Assembly (NCBI GenBank): GCA_965203295.1
Contig: CBDBCZ010000016.1
Span: 32,001 to 96,000 of the forward strand
DNA: 64,000 nucleotides
Reading direction: 5' to 3'
From: Nitrospirales bacterium
Lineage (GTDB): Bacteria > Nitrospirota > Nitrospiria > Nitrospirales > UBA8639
The notes under the pieces were generated by a model. It saw only the letters and a list, made by a program, of their open reading frames with translations, ran no database searches and was not told the origin of the DNA. The position numbers were made by a program, and so were the translations under genes. Positions 40,451-54,200 of the stretch are shown here, in pieces; the stretch's first letter is position 1; each line of letters opens with the position of its first letter.

Positions 40451-42591
40451 TGCGTGCGTGCGTGCGTGCGCGTGTTGTGTGAAAAATCAAAGTTAAATAT
40501 CACGGTTATACTTAAATACTTAGTCTAATATCACATTAAAAAGCCAAACTTGTCAACCTGTTGAATACAATTTTATCTACACATCATCAGCTTAATCGCA
40601 ACAGTTTATTTTGCTTGTAAAACTGTTTGAAGTGTTCCCGTGAAAAAGCACCCCTGTTTTTAGTGTATCCTGGATGGGTATCAGTGATGGGGCCAGAGTT
40701 TGGGTGGGGCTTTAACAGATGAATAAATTTTGCATTCTAGCTACAAATGTTAAATTTATGCATTATTAAGCAGAGGGCATGGTGTATATTTGTTCCGCGC
40801 AATCTAGGAATTTGCGTAATCTCGAGATTGCGTTGTGCACTCTCAGAATCCTGAAATTGCGTTCCAAGCTACTCAAGATTTAGAATGGACACATTTATGC
40901 TCCTAGTGCATGCTTGTGCAGTTCATGCAATTTCCAGTTGGGTTAGACTACTGTGGTTCTCTTTAATTGATGATGTGGGGATATTAACTTTGGCTACCAC
41001 ATTTGGGTTTTGATGGCTCCAGATTGCATGCAAATTAATATTTCTTGGGGAGTATACGTATGGCTGAGACTGCCAATGCATGCATGCATCGATCGTTGCC
41101 CCGACCCCACAACAGCACAGCCACCCCCTACAAAGAACACGTAATCCTGGGGTGTAGTACTGACCTTCATCTGTGAGCACTATACATATCCATGCACCTA
41201 GACGAGCCCATGCTTATGAACAGCTCTGGTATGTGTACCTGAGAAAGTATAGCGGCCTGACAAAACTATTGGTGTGGCGTATGTGTATGAATGACTCTAT
41301 ATAAGTCGAAGGGACAAACAATTTGGAACAAGTTCTCACATTATTACACACACTAACTAAATCCCTACTGTTGGGTTTAGCAATCACTTCTTGTAAATTG
41401 GACTGCTGGACAGACAGACAGACACAGACAGACAGATAGACGGACAGACCCAATTGCTTAACCCTGCCACACGCATGTGTGGTAATGACCATTCTCCACC
41501 CAGTTAAGCTGTATTGATCACAAAACGCTGCATCACGTGAGGTTATTGCACCGCTTTCGATTCAGAATAAAGCAGCTACATGTAGTTGAACATCTAAAAA
41601 CACCAACTACATGTACATTGAATATGCCTATATGTCTTTGATGAGTATTTCATTCACTAAGTACTCAGATAAGTACTGAGTGACTGATTTTTCTTTCCAA
41701 ACCGAATATCCACTACAGTGTTCATTGCATCCTGTCACCATAACCCAGCGTCTCAATGACCAAATTACAGAGTCGTCACTGATAGATTAGGCAAACAGTC
41801 CAGTATTCAGTGAGCCTGATTCCTCCTCAAGATTGTATTAGCTAGTTGGTGCATGCTTGACAATGTACGTATTATACTTGAGTGAGCACACTGGCAAGGT
41901 TCCCTTTCAGCTGAGTGGGTGGGTTACAATTTACAAACTGTGTGGGGTCCTATGCTCAAGCGCTTACACCCTTTGTATGGTATGTTATACTTTTCATGTG
42001 GGTATCCAACGGAATGAAAGCCACTGAAATGTCACTGCAACTATGAATTTGTCTAGTGGTTCATGCGCTTCTGACGTCAAGAAAGATTCCTGAGAAAGAT
42101 TCCTGCATCGATGTACCACATACAGCATTATTTAGCAACACTACATGGTACTGTAGCAGATGTGAGTAGTATATTTGCAGATATTCAGTTAAATTGCTAA
42201 CTAATTAAAGGTTAAACTAGAGATACGTACACGCAGTATAATGCCTCGCGCACGAGCATTCAGTAGGTGTGGTTTGGTTGCACGTGTTTACAATGTGTGA
42301 GAATTTGACAGATAGAAAGGAGAGGTAGCTAAACGTGCATGAGAATTCGGCGAGTTCATCCTTCTCCAACGGTGGAAATTAACGCGGTGCATGGTTTCTC
42401 CAGCGAAAAAGAGCAACTGTTGTTAGCTAAAAAGCGCACGCACCTCTGGTCTTTTAGCTTCGATTTTGTATGCCGCTCGTTGCTTTCTTTTGCGTAGTGT
42501 AGCAAGATGCCTAGCCCTTTCCCCACTCGTCTCGCCAACGTTGTCGGACTCCGTGACTCGACTTTAGCCGACGCGACACGCCGGCCACGCC

Positions 42592-42613
42592 TAGTCTCGG
42601 GTTCCCGAGACTA
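42592..42613. mobile_element. 22-bp palindromic insertion with 9-bp TSD
   Basis: ggccacgcc|tagtctcggg-tt-cccgagacta|ggccacgcc. The paralogous site at 26867-26875 has a single ggccacgcc. Confidence 0.88.
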
Positions 42614-45600
42614 GGCCACGCCATGCGCAGCACGCAGTATAATTGCATTCCTAAGCGTGATACGTACATGCATTTATAATATGTTCCGCGCGAACCAGGA
42701 ATTTGCGCAATCCTAGAATTGCGCAATGCAAACTAGAAGTCCATACTTTGCCGCGCAATCCCAGGATTGCGCAGCCAATTCCACTTTTACGCACATGAGA
42801 TATTGACACTTCTTTAGCTAGCTATTAAAATGTCAAGCTCTGTCAGTAATGCAGCGTCTCTGTGGCTTGCAAGCCATCAGTTTCATTCATCCGTCTTTAT
42901 TGCAAACTGTAGATTGCCAGAATAATTTGACAATGTGACAAATGGTTTCATTACAAATTTAATGTGTTGGTTTGAACAAATTTAATAGCAGACTATCAAT
43001 AGTTGGCGATTGGTTTTGTAACCACTGCCAGTAGTTTTTGCTTTCTGCACTTGACTCTTTGTTTATCCCTTTGCTGTCTATACTTTGACGCTTCATGCAC
43101 TTCATATCAAAATTCGAACTTTGTACGAACGAATTTAGTCTACGCAATGCAAGGTTTGCGCAACGTATTTTAACTTTGCGCGAAAAACTGCGCAATGCTG
43201 GGATTGCGTGCCAAAGTACGGATTCCTACTTTGCGCAGCGCAATCCTAAGTTTGCGCAACTTCCTGGTTTGCGCGGAAATTATATATTATACAAACGCTT
43301 GCTGAGATGCATTGCAGGATTAGTTTCCTCGCGCTAAGGCGCTCGGCAATAATAACTATGCCATACTACATCCAAAGGGACCAAAATTGGGCCAATTCTG
43401 CTGGAAGATGTAGCTGGGGGGGGGGGGGGGGGGGGGGGTCAATTTTCCAATGGTCCTTGGACCATTTCTTCCAGGACCAAGATGCCAGACACATCTGGAT
43501 TTTGTTGGAACTATACTATATAGGAAACCAGTTAGCCGCTATAAATTTCTTTCTACATGTATTATATATTTGAGAGGGGGATCAGTGTGCAACTTGCTGT
43601 GTGGGTATAGATTTCTCTAACGTACAGCTTAAGCTTCAGTCATACCATAGCCAACTCTTGTATCATGAGTTGCCTCCTTTCAAACAATTCACAGCAGACA
43701 GGTACAAGCTAACTGTATAAATATGATTCTGCTATTGCAGGTCAATGTAACTTCATTGATGTTTTTCAACTACCATGACCACAAATGGAGATAAGGTGCC
43801 TCACAGCAGCAGTGCTTTATCCTGCAGCTCCATGCAGAAGCAGTATCCCTACGACACAGGTGTCAATTTTTAAGAAGTACAGTTTTGTTCAATATGCATG
43901 TATGCACAGTGTGTATTACATGTACATCGCAAACTCTTCAGCTTTCAGCTGAGCTACTTGCTATGTACGTGTACAAGTAGATGTAGCTGTAGACATATCC
44001 ATGTACATGTCAATTCTATACTGGAGGGTGAATTAATTGCGAGAGTTTGTCACAGAAACGTGTATGTAGTGTGTAAACACTGTGCAAGTCAGACCACCTC
44101 TAAAGATATGGACAGGATCTCCAAATTGTGTGCAACTGCTAGCTACATTACAATATTGCCAGAGTAGTGGCTCTTGAGTGGTCAGCTAGCATAGAGTGAT
44201 AAGTGTGGCTAGGCCTTAGTGTGAGATCATTATGGAGTATGTTGCAGAGCAGACCTGCACATCTGAACAGTTTATTAAACCCAATCAGTTATCACTGTCT
44301 TTGGCTTTACTTTACTTTAACTGTCTATAACACGACTACTGCTAACACATACCAGTGACTATCACCTTTTAACAATATCCTTAGTCACAGTCTGTTACGC
44401 ATGCCTACGTATTGGCAACTGCCGTCAGCCAGTGATATGTATTTTTTAGATGCAGTTGCTATCAGAGAAGCAGCCTCAAGCAACGTATTTCCTTCTTCTT
44501 TTTCGTTTAGCCCATTTCAATACAACTGTATCAGATCCCAGTTCTCCACACCAAGGAAGGAATAGGCACGATAGGGTCGATTTGTTGGAATGTAAGTCTG
44601 CACTATTGGTTTCATTTGAGTCAGACATTCAATACCATTATTCTAGATCTGTGGTACATAAATTATTGGAAAGCAGAGCAGAAATATTGTAGAGACTGCG
44701 TATAGCTCTGAACTAACCCTGTCAAGGCTGCATGGGCATCATGCATATGAAACACACACACAAATTTTTCATCTTTAGCTTGTAATAGACTTTACTAGTT
44801 TGGGTTACTCTCTGCTGCAGACTAATCGTTTCATGTTTAACTGTTCATGTTACATGTAGTTGTGGTGCTTTCACAGTTAGTTTCAAAGTAATGTATACAA
44901 TGTTTTGCATACGTAGCTATGTTTCTATGGAGGAGCCCCTGGAATCATGTGAAAATCTTTTGCAAGAAATGATATCTGGTGTAGAAATGCTGAAGAAACA
45001 GGTCTGTATCACTTCAAACTGCCAGTATAAACCTGTATGTATGTATGTACGTACTTACGTACATGTATGTATGTTAATTACACATTTGGTCAACAGCATG
45101 GGCAGGTGCATGTTGAAACTTACTTGCATACAAAGCACGTGGCATACTACTTTCTACTGTAGACCACACGTTTATCCAGAAAGGAGAGTCTTGTCTACAG
45201 TACCATTCATACACTGCTATACATGCAGTATGTTAGAGCAAGTATGACTGTCTTATATTACGTCTACACTGCTGTACATGCAGCATGTATGACTGTCATG
45301 TGATGTGGCTCAGCTTTAATGTGAAACGTGCTACGCAACATGCTTCCTTGGCAGTATTCTATTACCATAAGAGTGTATGGAACTTGTGAATTGTTATCTT
45401 TAACAGCTAGCTGACACTGAGAGCCAACTGCAGTCTGCTACTAGCCGTAGCTCTTCACCCCGGAAAGAGCTGATGGGCAAGGATGCCACTGTGATTTCAC
45501 TGACTCAGGAAAACCGGAGATTACAGGAGGAGAGCAAACTTTCTGCAAGGCGCTCCTCTCAACTGAAACAAGAGTGTAGAGAAAGACGTACATCTTATTA

Positions 45601-48600
45601 ATGCTTCCCTTCAAAAGCAGGTCAGCATCATGTGCACTGTATACATATGTGTGTCATGTACATAACATTGGGTATGGTTATTCTGTGCACATACAGCTCT
45701 TGTATGCATGTATGTCTATGTTTGGACTAGGGCAGTGTACATGTTCACACCTTCCGGATTTTAAAGGTATTGTTAACTTGAAGGCCTGGTACTCAGGCAA
45801 AAACCTGGGACTATTTATTTGAATTATAAGTGCCCTGTTACGCTTACCAGAAGATTGTGTTAGCAGTAAAGAAGCTACTTTACTGTATCATACCTCCTAA
45901 AACCAGAGCCCAGCTGGGAGTTGAACCCAGGACCTTCTGATTGTTAGTCAATAGGCAAGTTTTATACTAAACCCGCTAGAAGCACTCGCCAATATGACCT
46001 GCCAATTCTAACTGTAATTACTCTCTTAAGATAGTATCATGCAGCACCCACGTATGTGTTGCTGCTCTCTTCTGTTATTGTTTCATGTTGCATGCATACT
46101 ACAGGTGAGAAGTTGACAGAACTAAATAATGATCTTCAAAAGGTAAATGTGTAGAAAGTAACTGTCAATTATTAGAGTATGGAGAAACAGGATGTTCAAA
46201 TCATATGTAGTATTCTGAATCACTACGATGCACACTTAGTAATACATTTACTATGCTTTCAACACTTGATATGCTGTGATTCACTCTCACTTGCGTCAGT
46301 GAGTATGTTTTGAGCTTGTGAAGTACAGTAGAACGGTAGAGCAATTTCACCGGTTTCCAAAGCTATACTTCCAGCTGCTGCGGTGCATATGTATATGTGT
46401 GGGTGTTCAAACTTACGTAACAATAGATGTTAGATTTATGTACTGACATATTTTTAATACATACAAGACATGATTTTGCGAATGATAAGCTGATATTCAG
46501 CTTCCTGTTCTTTAGAGATTAAAACAAAGCCAAGCTAATAGAAGAGAAGCTCAGCGCTAATGAATGAAAGAGGAAATCTGAACTTACCAAGAAGAGAAAA
46601 GATGATGCAACTGCTAAACAGGTAAGTAGTATTAAATTGAAACCACATGGCTGTTTTGCAGGTTTATCGTTCATGTATGCAACACTGTCAAGCTCTCATC
46701 TTCTCTTTAGGTTGCCAGCTTCAATCACAAGATGTTTTAGAAGACCAAGTTTCTGAAGCAAAAGAGAGAGAGAGTAACCGTACTTGATAATGCGAAGCAT
46801 AAAGGTACACATGCGAATATCCTTTTGTAAAATACTCTAATGTACTAGGCTGGGTTACGTATATCATATAACATTGATCGGTCGTTGGATAACAGTATGA
46901 ATATGTACTCACCAACTGCTTTCAGGCTATGTTTGTCCATTACGAGGTGAGAAACATGTTGACCTCCAGTATTAATAGAATGAAGAAATATACTGTATGA
47001 CAGCTTTTCAATCTCATGAATCACTACTGAGAGCCACAGTCATGCCCATTGCTACATGGTGTGAGATTATATCGCAGGCTGGCTGCTTGAGAATAACTTG
47101 TTTATGCTATGCATATGTCATTGTGTATGGGTGCCGGTGTTATGTATACCCCTGTCACGTGTGTATGCCTCTTGTGCATACAGATGTCCACTTTATGTGA
47201 GCAGCTGGTTACACTAGCCTCCAACGGGCTGTCTCAGAGCACTGACATCAGCCCTGAAGCAGCTACTAGTGCTGTGACAACACTGGTGGAGGAGAACACA
47301 CATCTGAAAGAGGACATTGAAAGAGTGACTCAACAACTGGGGCAGGTTTGACTCTTGCCACATGGAGTTGTGTGTTTCTTGATGTTACTCCAGTAATCTA
47401 CATTTCCTTACACCATGTACGCAGAAAAACAGTGTACATATTTATTGTATACATATATACCTACATCATTCATTCATTTCTGGAGCACTGTGTTCTGCAA
47501 AAAATCAGTAACACACTGTATAAGTGTATAAGTACGGCAAAGAAGCTGAGGTGCAGGTGTATAACGCAGGAAATATGGTTAAGAATCATTGATGTTGTTG
47601 CTGGTGGTAATAGAAATACTCTCTGCATAAACAAACTGATTCATGTAGCATCATCGAACACACTTTGGGAAGTAAAGGTTCCATAGCCTGCTGCATATAT
47701 ATTGAGATCTACGACTGAAATATTCCTTAATCTTTAGTATAATATACACCCAGGCCCTATGTTATGGCAGTACTATAATTATAGTAACTACGTATACAGG
47801 CACGTATGTATTTTAGTTACTGCGTATATGTACATATACGTTTAATGTGTTTATTGCCACTTCCTGTATTTCATACAGCTGCAAGACAGTCATTCTGCTG
47901 TGCGTTCTGGAGTTCATAGTGTTGTTGAGTGCTTTCTGGGAATGAAGGTGATGCACTTCATTGTAGTAGTAACTTGCATGTAAAAAGTTTTTAATAATAT
48001 ATGGTTGAACAGAAGATCTGGCTCTTTGCTAGCCAAGGGCACATTTATGAACCCAGAAAAAGTGTGAACTTTTTCTGATTCTATAATAGTACCCAAAAAT
48101 CCATATAAATTCACATTGAACTATATTGGAGAAAACCTTGCCTGGTTAAGAGCCGGCTAGCTAGCTTGTAAAGTAATGAAAAGTGTGTGAATGGTGAGAT
48201 TTCTATGTGATAGATACGTTGCTACCATACACATATTCAGTTTATTTAAAGCAGGAGATTATTCAACCTAATTAAGTGCCTATAATTTTATAGTGGTTTC
48301 ATGGTATAAACAGTTTATTTTACTGCTTCTAATTCTCTACCTTGAACATACGTACATATTTCCATAAAGTATACATGTATGAGCATACGTACATATGCCC
48401 ACTGCTATTCACAGCCTACATAATCGAAAATTACTGCCCTACAATTTTTTTAAAGCCAATATTGTTAAACTATGTCCTGTCAAGATGACATCTTTCTATA
48501 GGCATTCTTATTGTTACAAGTATCATATGTGCTCTCATCTAAAGACCACATGCACAGTAACATACCCCACAATTAACCCCACAATTAACTGACAATTGGG

Positions 48601-50466
48601 GTTTGGCAACGTACTGGAGATGGGATTGGCTCTGCTATTGACTGAAGGTTAGAATCATAAATTCCACCAGTTTTAAACAAATTTTGAATGACACATGAAA
48701 TTTTTCATGTTTTCATGTATCAAACGAAAAGAACAGCTGGATACTAAATGTATTTTTCCCAGGCCAAAATACACATACACACATACACACATACACATGA
48801 GCTTATGCTTGTGTCATTACATTAGTAGCACTTAAAACTGTCTATTGCATTATTTATAGTTACTACTATAGTAAGTATAATATTATTATTATATAATAAT
48901 ATTATAGCAAATTATTGTTACTGCATGTCCTTTATAATTATGTAAGAATGCTGCAATAATAATTATTCACTGCATGTCCAAAGTATTCTGTTGCAGGATG
49001 TGTTCAAGGGAGTAGATTATTCCACGAATGATTGAATAAACATCTATAACAACACATAATATTAGTATAGCTGCATGTTCGGTATAATATTACAAGGTGA
49101 CAAGGATATCAACAAAGTATAGGGAACATATAATATTATGGCATTATACGGCTGGTCACAAGCTGTATCACTTCAGTGGTAACTGTTTCTAGTTTGTGCT
49201 AATGGCTTGCCCCAAGTTGCATCACTTCATAGACCCCTGAGGTGACTGTTTCTCGTTTGCGTTAATGACTGGCCCCAAGTTGTATCACTTTTTTTGGCCC
49301 TGTGGTGACTGTTGGTCGTTTGTGTCAATCCCGGCTTGGCATTAATTTCTATCTCTTCATAGCTCTACCTCTGTGGTGACCGTTTTGTTTAATGGCTTGC
49401 CCCAAATTCGAGATTGCGTTAAGTTTCGCAATTGCGTTAATGTTTCGCGATTGCGTTAATATTTCGCGATTGCGTTAATGCAAGTTTCTCGAGTGCGTTA
49501 ATGGCTGCCCTCAAGTTTGTGACTGTTTCTCAATTGCGCTATGGCTGTCCCTAAGTCATATCATACTTCATAGGCCCCTGTGGTGACTGATTCTTGTCCG
49601 CGTTCAAGCGATTGTGTTTGTTTCGAGTTTGCGTTAGTGTTTCGCGATTGCGTTAATGTTTCGCGATTGCGTTAGTGTTTCGCGATTGCGTTTATGTTTC
49701 GCGACTGCGTTAGTGTTTCGCGATTGCGTTAATGCAAGTTTTTCGAGGGAGTTAATGGCTGCCCTCAAGTTTGTGACTGTTTCTGAATTGCGCTACGGCT
49801 GTCCCTAAGTTATATCATACTTAATAGGCCCCTGTGTTGACTGATTTTTGTTCGCGTTGAAGGCTTGCCTTAAATTCAAGCGATTGTGTTGGTTCGAGCG
49901 TCGAGATTGCGTTAACGACTCCAAAGTGTACTGGCAAGCGGAAACTATCGGCAAGGAAGTACATGTGAGAGAGTAATTACATGGCTGGGTCCTACTGGCA
50001 AGTGCTAAGAGCGGGTTTAGTGGCTATATAAGTCTTAAAGCTTGCCTACTGCTCCACTGCCAAGGGGGCTCCAGTAGCTAGGTAAGAGCATCTGACTAGT
50101 ATTCAGAAAATCTTGGGTTCAATCCCCAGCTGGGTCCCAATTTTTCGAGATTTCATTACTCTCTCAGAAAGCTTATCTTCTCATAGAAGTTTGCAATGTA
50201 GTATACATGTACTATATACAATGTCGCGCGCGTGTACAAAGCTTGTCAATGAATGTTTGGCCATGCAGCCATTACATGTAACAGAATGGTTTATGAAGTA
50301 CCCTTGCTTTGGTTTATGAAGTACCCTTGCTTTCACTGCTGAATGTCTGTTTCGAAACCGTGTCTTACTCATCCTACTCAAGCTGTATGGACTCGCTCCC
50401 CCACTCACCTTTTGAGGTTCTTCCTTTGCCACTGCTGACTCTAAGTACGATTGCGCGCGCCGCTCA

Positions 50467-51075
<609 letters not shown>

Positions 51076-51206
51076 AATTTTTTGACTGTACTATGGTAGT
51101 AAAGTATCCGCCCCGAACGAAAGCGCTTAGCCCCTCCCTAATCTTTAGTTATATAGCGATTGGGACCGCCCTTACAAATAGAAGAAAACACTTAGCCCCT
51201 CCCACA

Positions 51207-54200
51207 ATGATGATGCGCTCGAAAAGGACTTGTCGTCGGTGTCCTGTTGCTGCTTCTTGTGGACGTAATTTGGGTCGGCTCAGCAGGCCTTACCAGGGTA
51301 AGTACATAGGTAGACTTCGTAAAACGGCTATGAGGGCAGAAAGTTATCCTACTATGATTACCTTGACACTAGTCTCGCGTGCCAGCACTAGCCTTAATTA
51401 ACCATAGACAGTCCTATCTATGCCCTAACCTTACCCTAAACTTCGTGCAAGTATATTAATTCTCGTGGTGTCGGTATAGGATAGACTACACCAAAGAGTG
51501 GGTTATGCGCCTATGTAACCCACGAGTTTGCGGTTATCCCGAGGCGAAGCCGAGGGATAAATGTAAACAAGTGGGTTATAGCGCATAACACACGAGTGGG
51601 TGTGGTCTATCTGACTTATACCACGTTGCACATGCGTACAATCTTCGCTGCGTAGCAACGTAGCGAACTGATAAAAGTGTGAGTTATGAAACTGTAACCC
51701 ATACTTATTAGCCAATCATTTTTATTGTAGATGATGTAATGTGGTATAATTCTGTTTAGTTGACTCCTAACTTAAATAATGTTGAGGTGTCAATTTGACA
51801 CCTCGACTACTGCCTGTTGGTGTTCACAATGTCAACCTCATAATATATTGTAGTTAACCATCATACATGTACTGATTTTCTTTGGAGAATGAAGCTAGTA
51901 TCGTCCCCAAGACTAAGGGTCAGTTTACTGTATTAAAAGCCAAGACTTGGGGACAAGACCAGTGTTTTGTACAATTATGGATATATTTGTGGTAGGCCGA
52001 GCGCCGTAACGCGGAGCAAATGGACGGAGACTGTAGATGCTAACTGAAACTCATGCAGATCAATCTCTGCTCAAAACTCAGATGCTTATACAAAGAATGC
52101 AGATTAAATTCTATAGTGGAACAAAAGAGAGCTAGGGACAACACAACAAAGGAAACAATTAAACAATGTGCAAGAATAAACAGTGCGGGGCGACGTGTGG
52201 CTAGGCTATGACATAACCAAAAAGTAACCAAAAATAGATGTAACATTACATAACGGAAGAGGCAATATGCAAGATAAGATAACTGTAAATAGTTCAGCCA
52301 GATCTAGCCTCGTTCTTTGGCTCTACTGCCCAGCGTTTTTTTGCACGTAGTAAAATAAGCGGTCAGACCGCTCATTTTACTGACCACTTGTTTTACTACA
52401 TGCGAAATAAAAAGCTGGGCAGTAGAGCCTGGGAAAGTGGCTATTCTAAGTCCTCTATTTCATCAATAGCCTGTTTACATGTATGTTAGGTACTGGTAGA
52501 TCTGAGAACATGGAAGTAGGAGGTTCTAAAACAGTTGATGGTGTCAGACAATTGCATTACATCCCAATAAATATATCAGTTCATCAGCCGAAAAACCGAA
52601 ACTTAAGAGGAGACACCAATGCTAACGATCTCGAATTAAGAGAAGTTGTTGGTCGATCTATTCACTAAACTACTCAATCAGTGTATATGGCCAACCCATT
52701 ATGAAACCGAATTTTACTTATGTGTCTTTACTCAAGCCAGCTGTATCTTGAAATGGAACTCAGGAAATGTGCAAAATAAGCTACTTGTATGTGTGTAGAG
52801 CATATTCCACTTATAGAGTCAACTGTGTCCTCCACAACTTTGAATGTATTCTTTAGCTACATATTCTTAAAATAGCCACACAATACAGAATCATACGCAT
52901 GTGAGGAGCTACTGCAAACTGAACACCTTGCTGGTTTTAATAGCCGGAATAATGCAATGCATCTACCTCAACTGGATTCTTTGTGTAGTTAGAATAACTC
53001 TTTCAACAAGAGTCTATATTGGCATCCACAAAGAAAAGTTAGCCTTGCAGTTCTTTGTATAGTATAGTTTAGCTACAAGCAGCTCTACACTGGATATTCC
53101 CCTTTTGGCAATGAAAATCATATACCAAGCAGCAGTTTTTATCAGCCGGAGCGCGCACAGTGCACGAACGGCTGGTCCTAAGATTGGTTTACGTTTTCCA
53201 CGTCTGTCTGTTTGTTTGTGTGTTTGAAGTGGATGGGGTACATTGACTCTTTTACTTTTACTTTTGCTTTTGTATTTTATCTCTTACTTTGTCTTTTTAT
53301 TTATTTTGTGTACATTGTACGTGCAGTTTATACGTATAACAAGTCTAAAAAACCAGCCGGGCGCCTTTCCCATACAATGCACACAACTTAGTTTAGGCCA
53401 AGCTAACTGGGAGTGCTAACTGCAGCTGTAGAACACAGTACAGCGAAAGTGCTGACTCAGCAGTTTTGTTGTGCGCCTCCAGATAGTAGCTATACACCAC
53501 GAAAACGGAATCTTTATAGCTGCCTAGGCAACACACAACTACCTTATTTTGCTGTAGCTTGGCCTGCAAATCTCCAAAAGCTGCTATACACTGCAGTTGC
53601 ATAGTTGCATAGTAGCAGTTGATGTATTATATTGGGCATGTGATAAGTGTGGACGCACAAACAAACAAGCAAACAAACAAACACAGAAAACGTAAGGCAA
53701 TTTTAGGACCAGCAGTTCGTGTGCTGCGTACGCTCTGGCTAGTAAAATGTATTTTGTATATACTTATATACTCTTTTTCTCCTATATAATATAGGAGAAA
53801 AAGAGTGATATGCCCACTGTTCCTTTCCTATATAATATAGGAGGGAAATTGTGGGTATCCACTATTTCCCTCCTATAGTATATGGGAGAGAATTAGTGGA
53901 ACTTCCACTATTTCCCTCCTATATTATATGGGAATGAAATAGTGGCAATCCACTATTTCTCTCCTATATTATAGGGGAAGAAATTTGGTGGCACTTCCAC
54001 TATTTTTCCCCTATATAATATAGGAGAGCGTCATGGAATAGTGGAAAACTGTACCAACCCTATATCCTACTGCTCCCTTCCAATGAAATGTATTAGAGAT
54101 GATGTAATGTAAGTTTGTTAGTGCATCCTATGTTACTATGCAGGCCAAGCTACAGCAAATGACGTAGCGAACCCAGGTTTTTAGTTCTTTCTTTCAGCAT

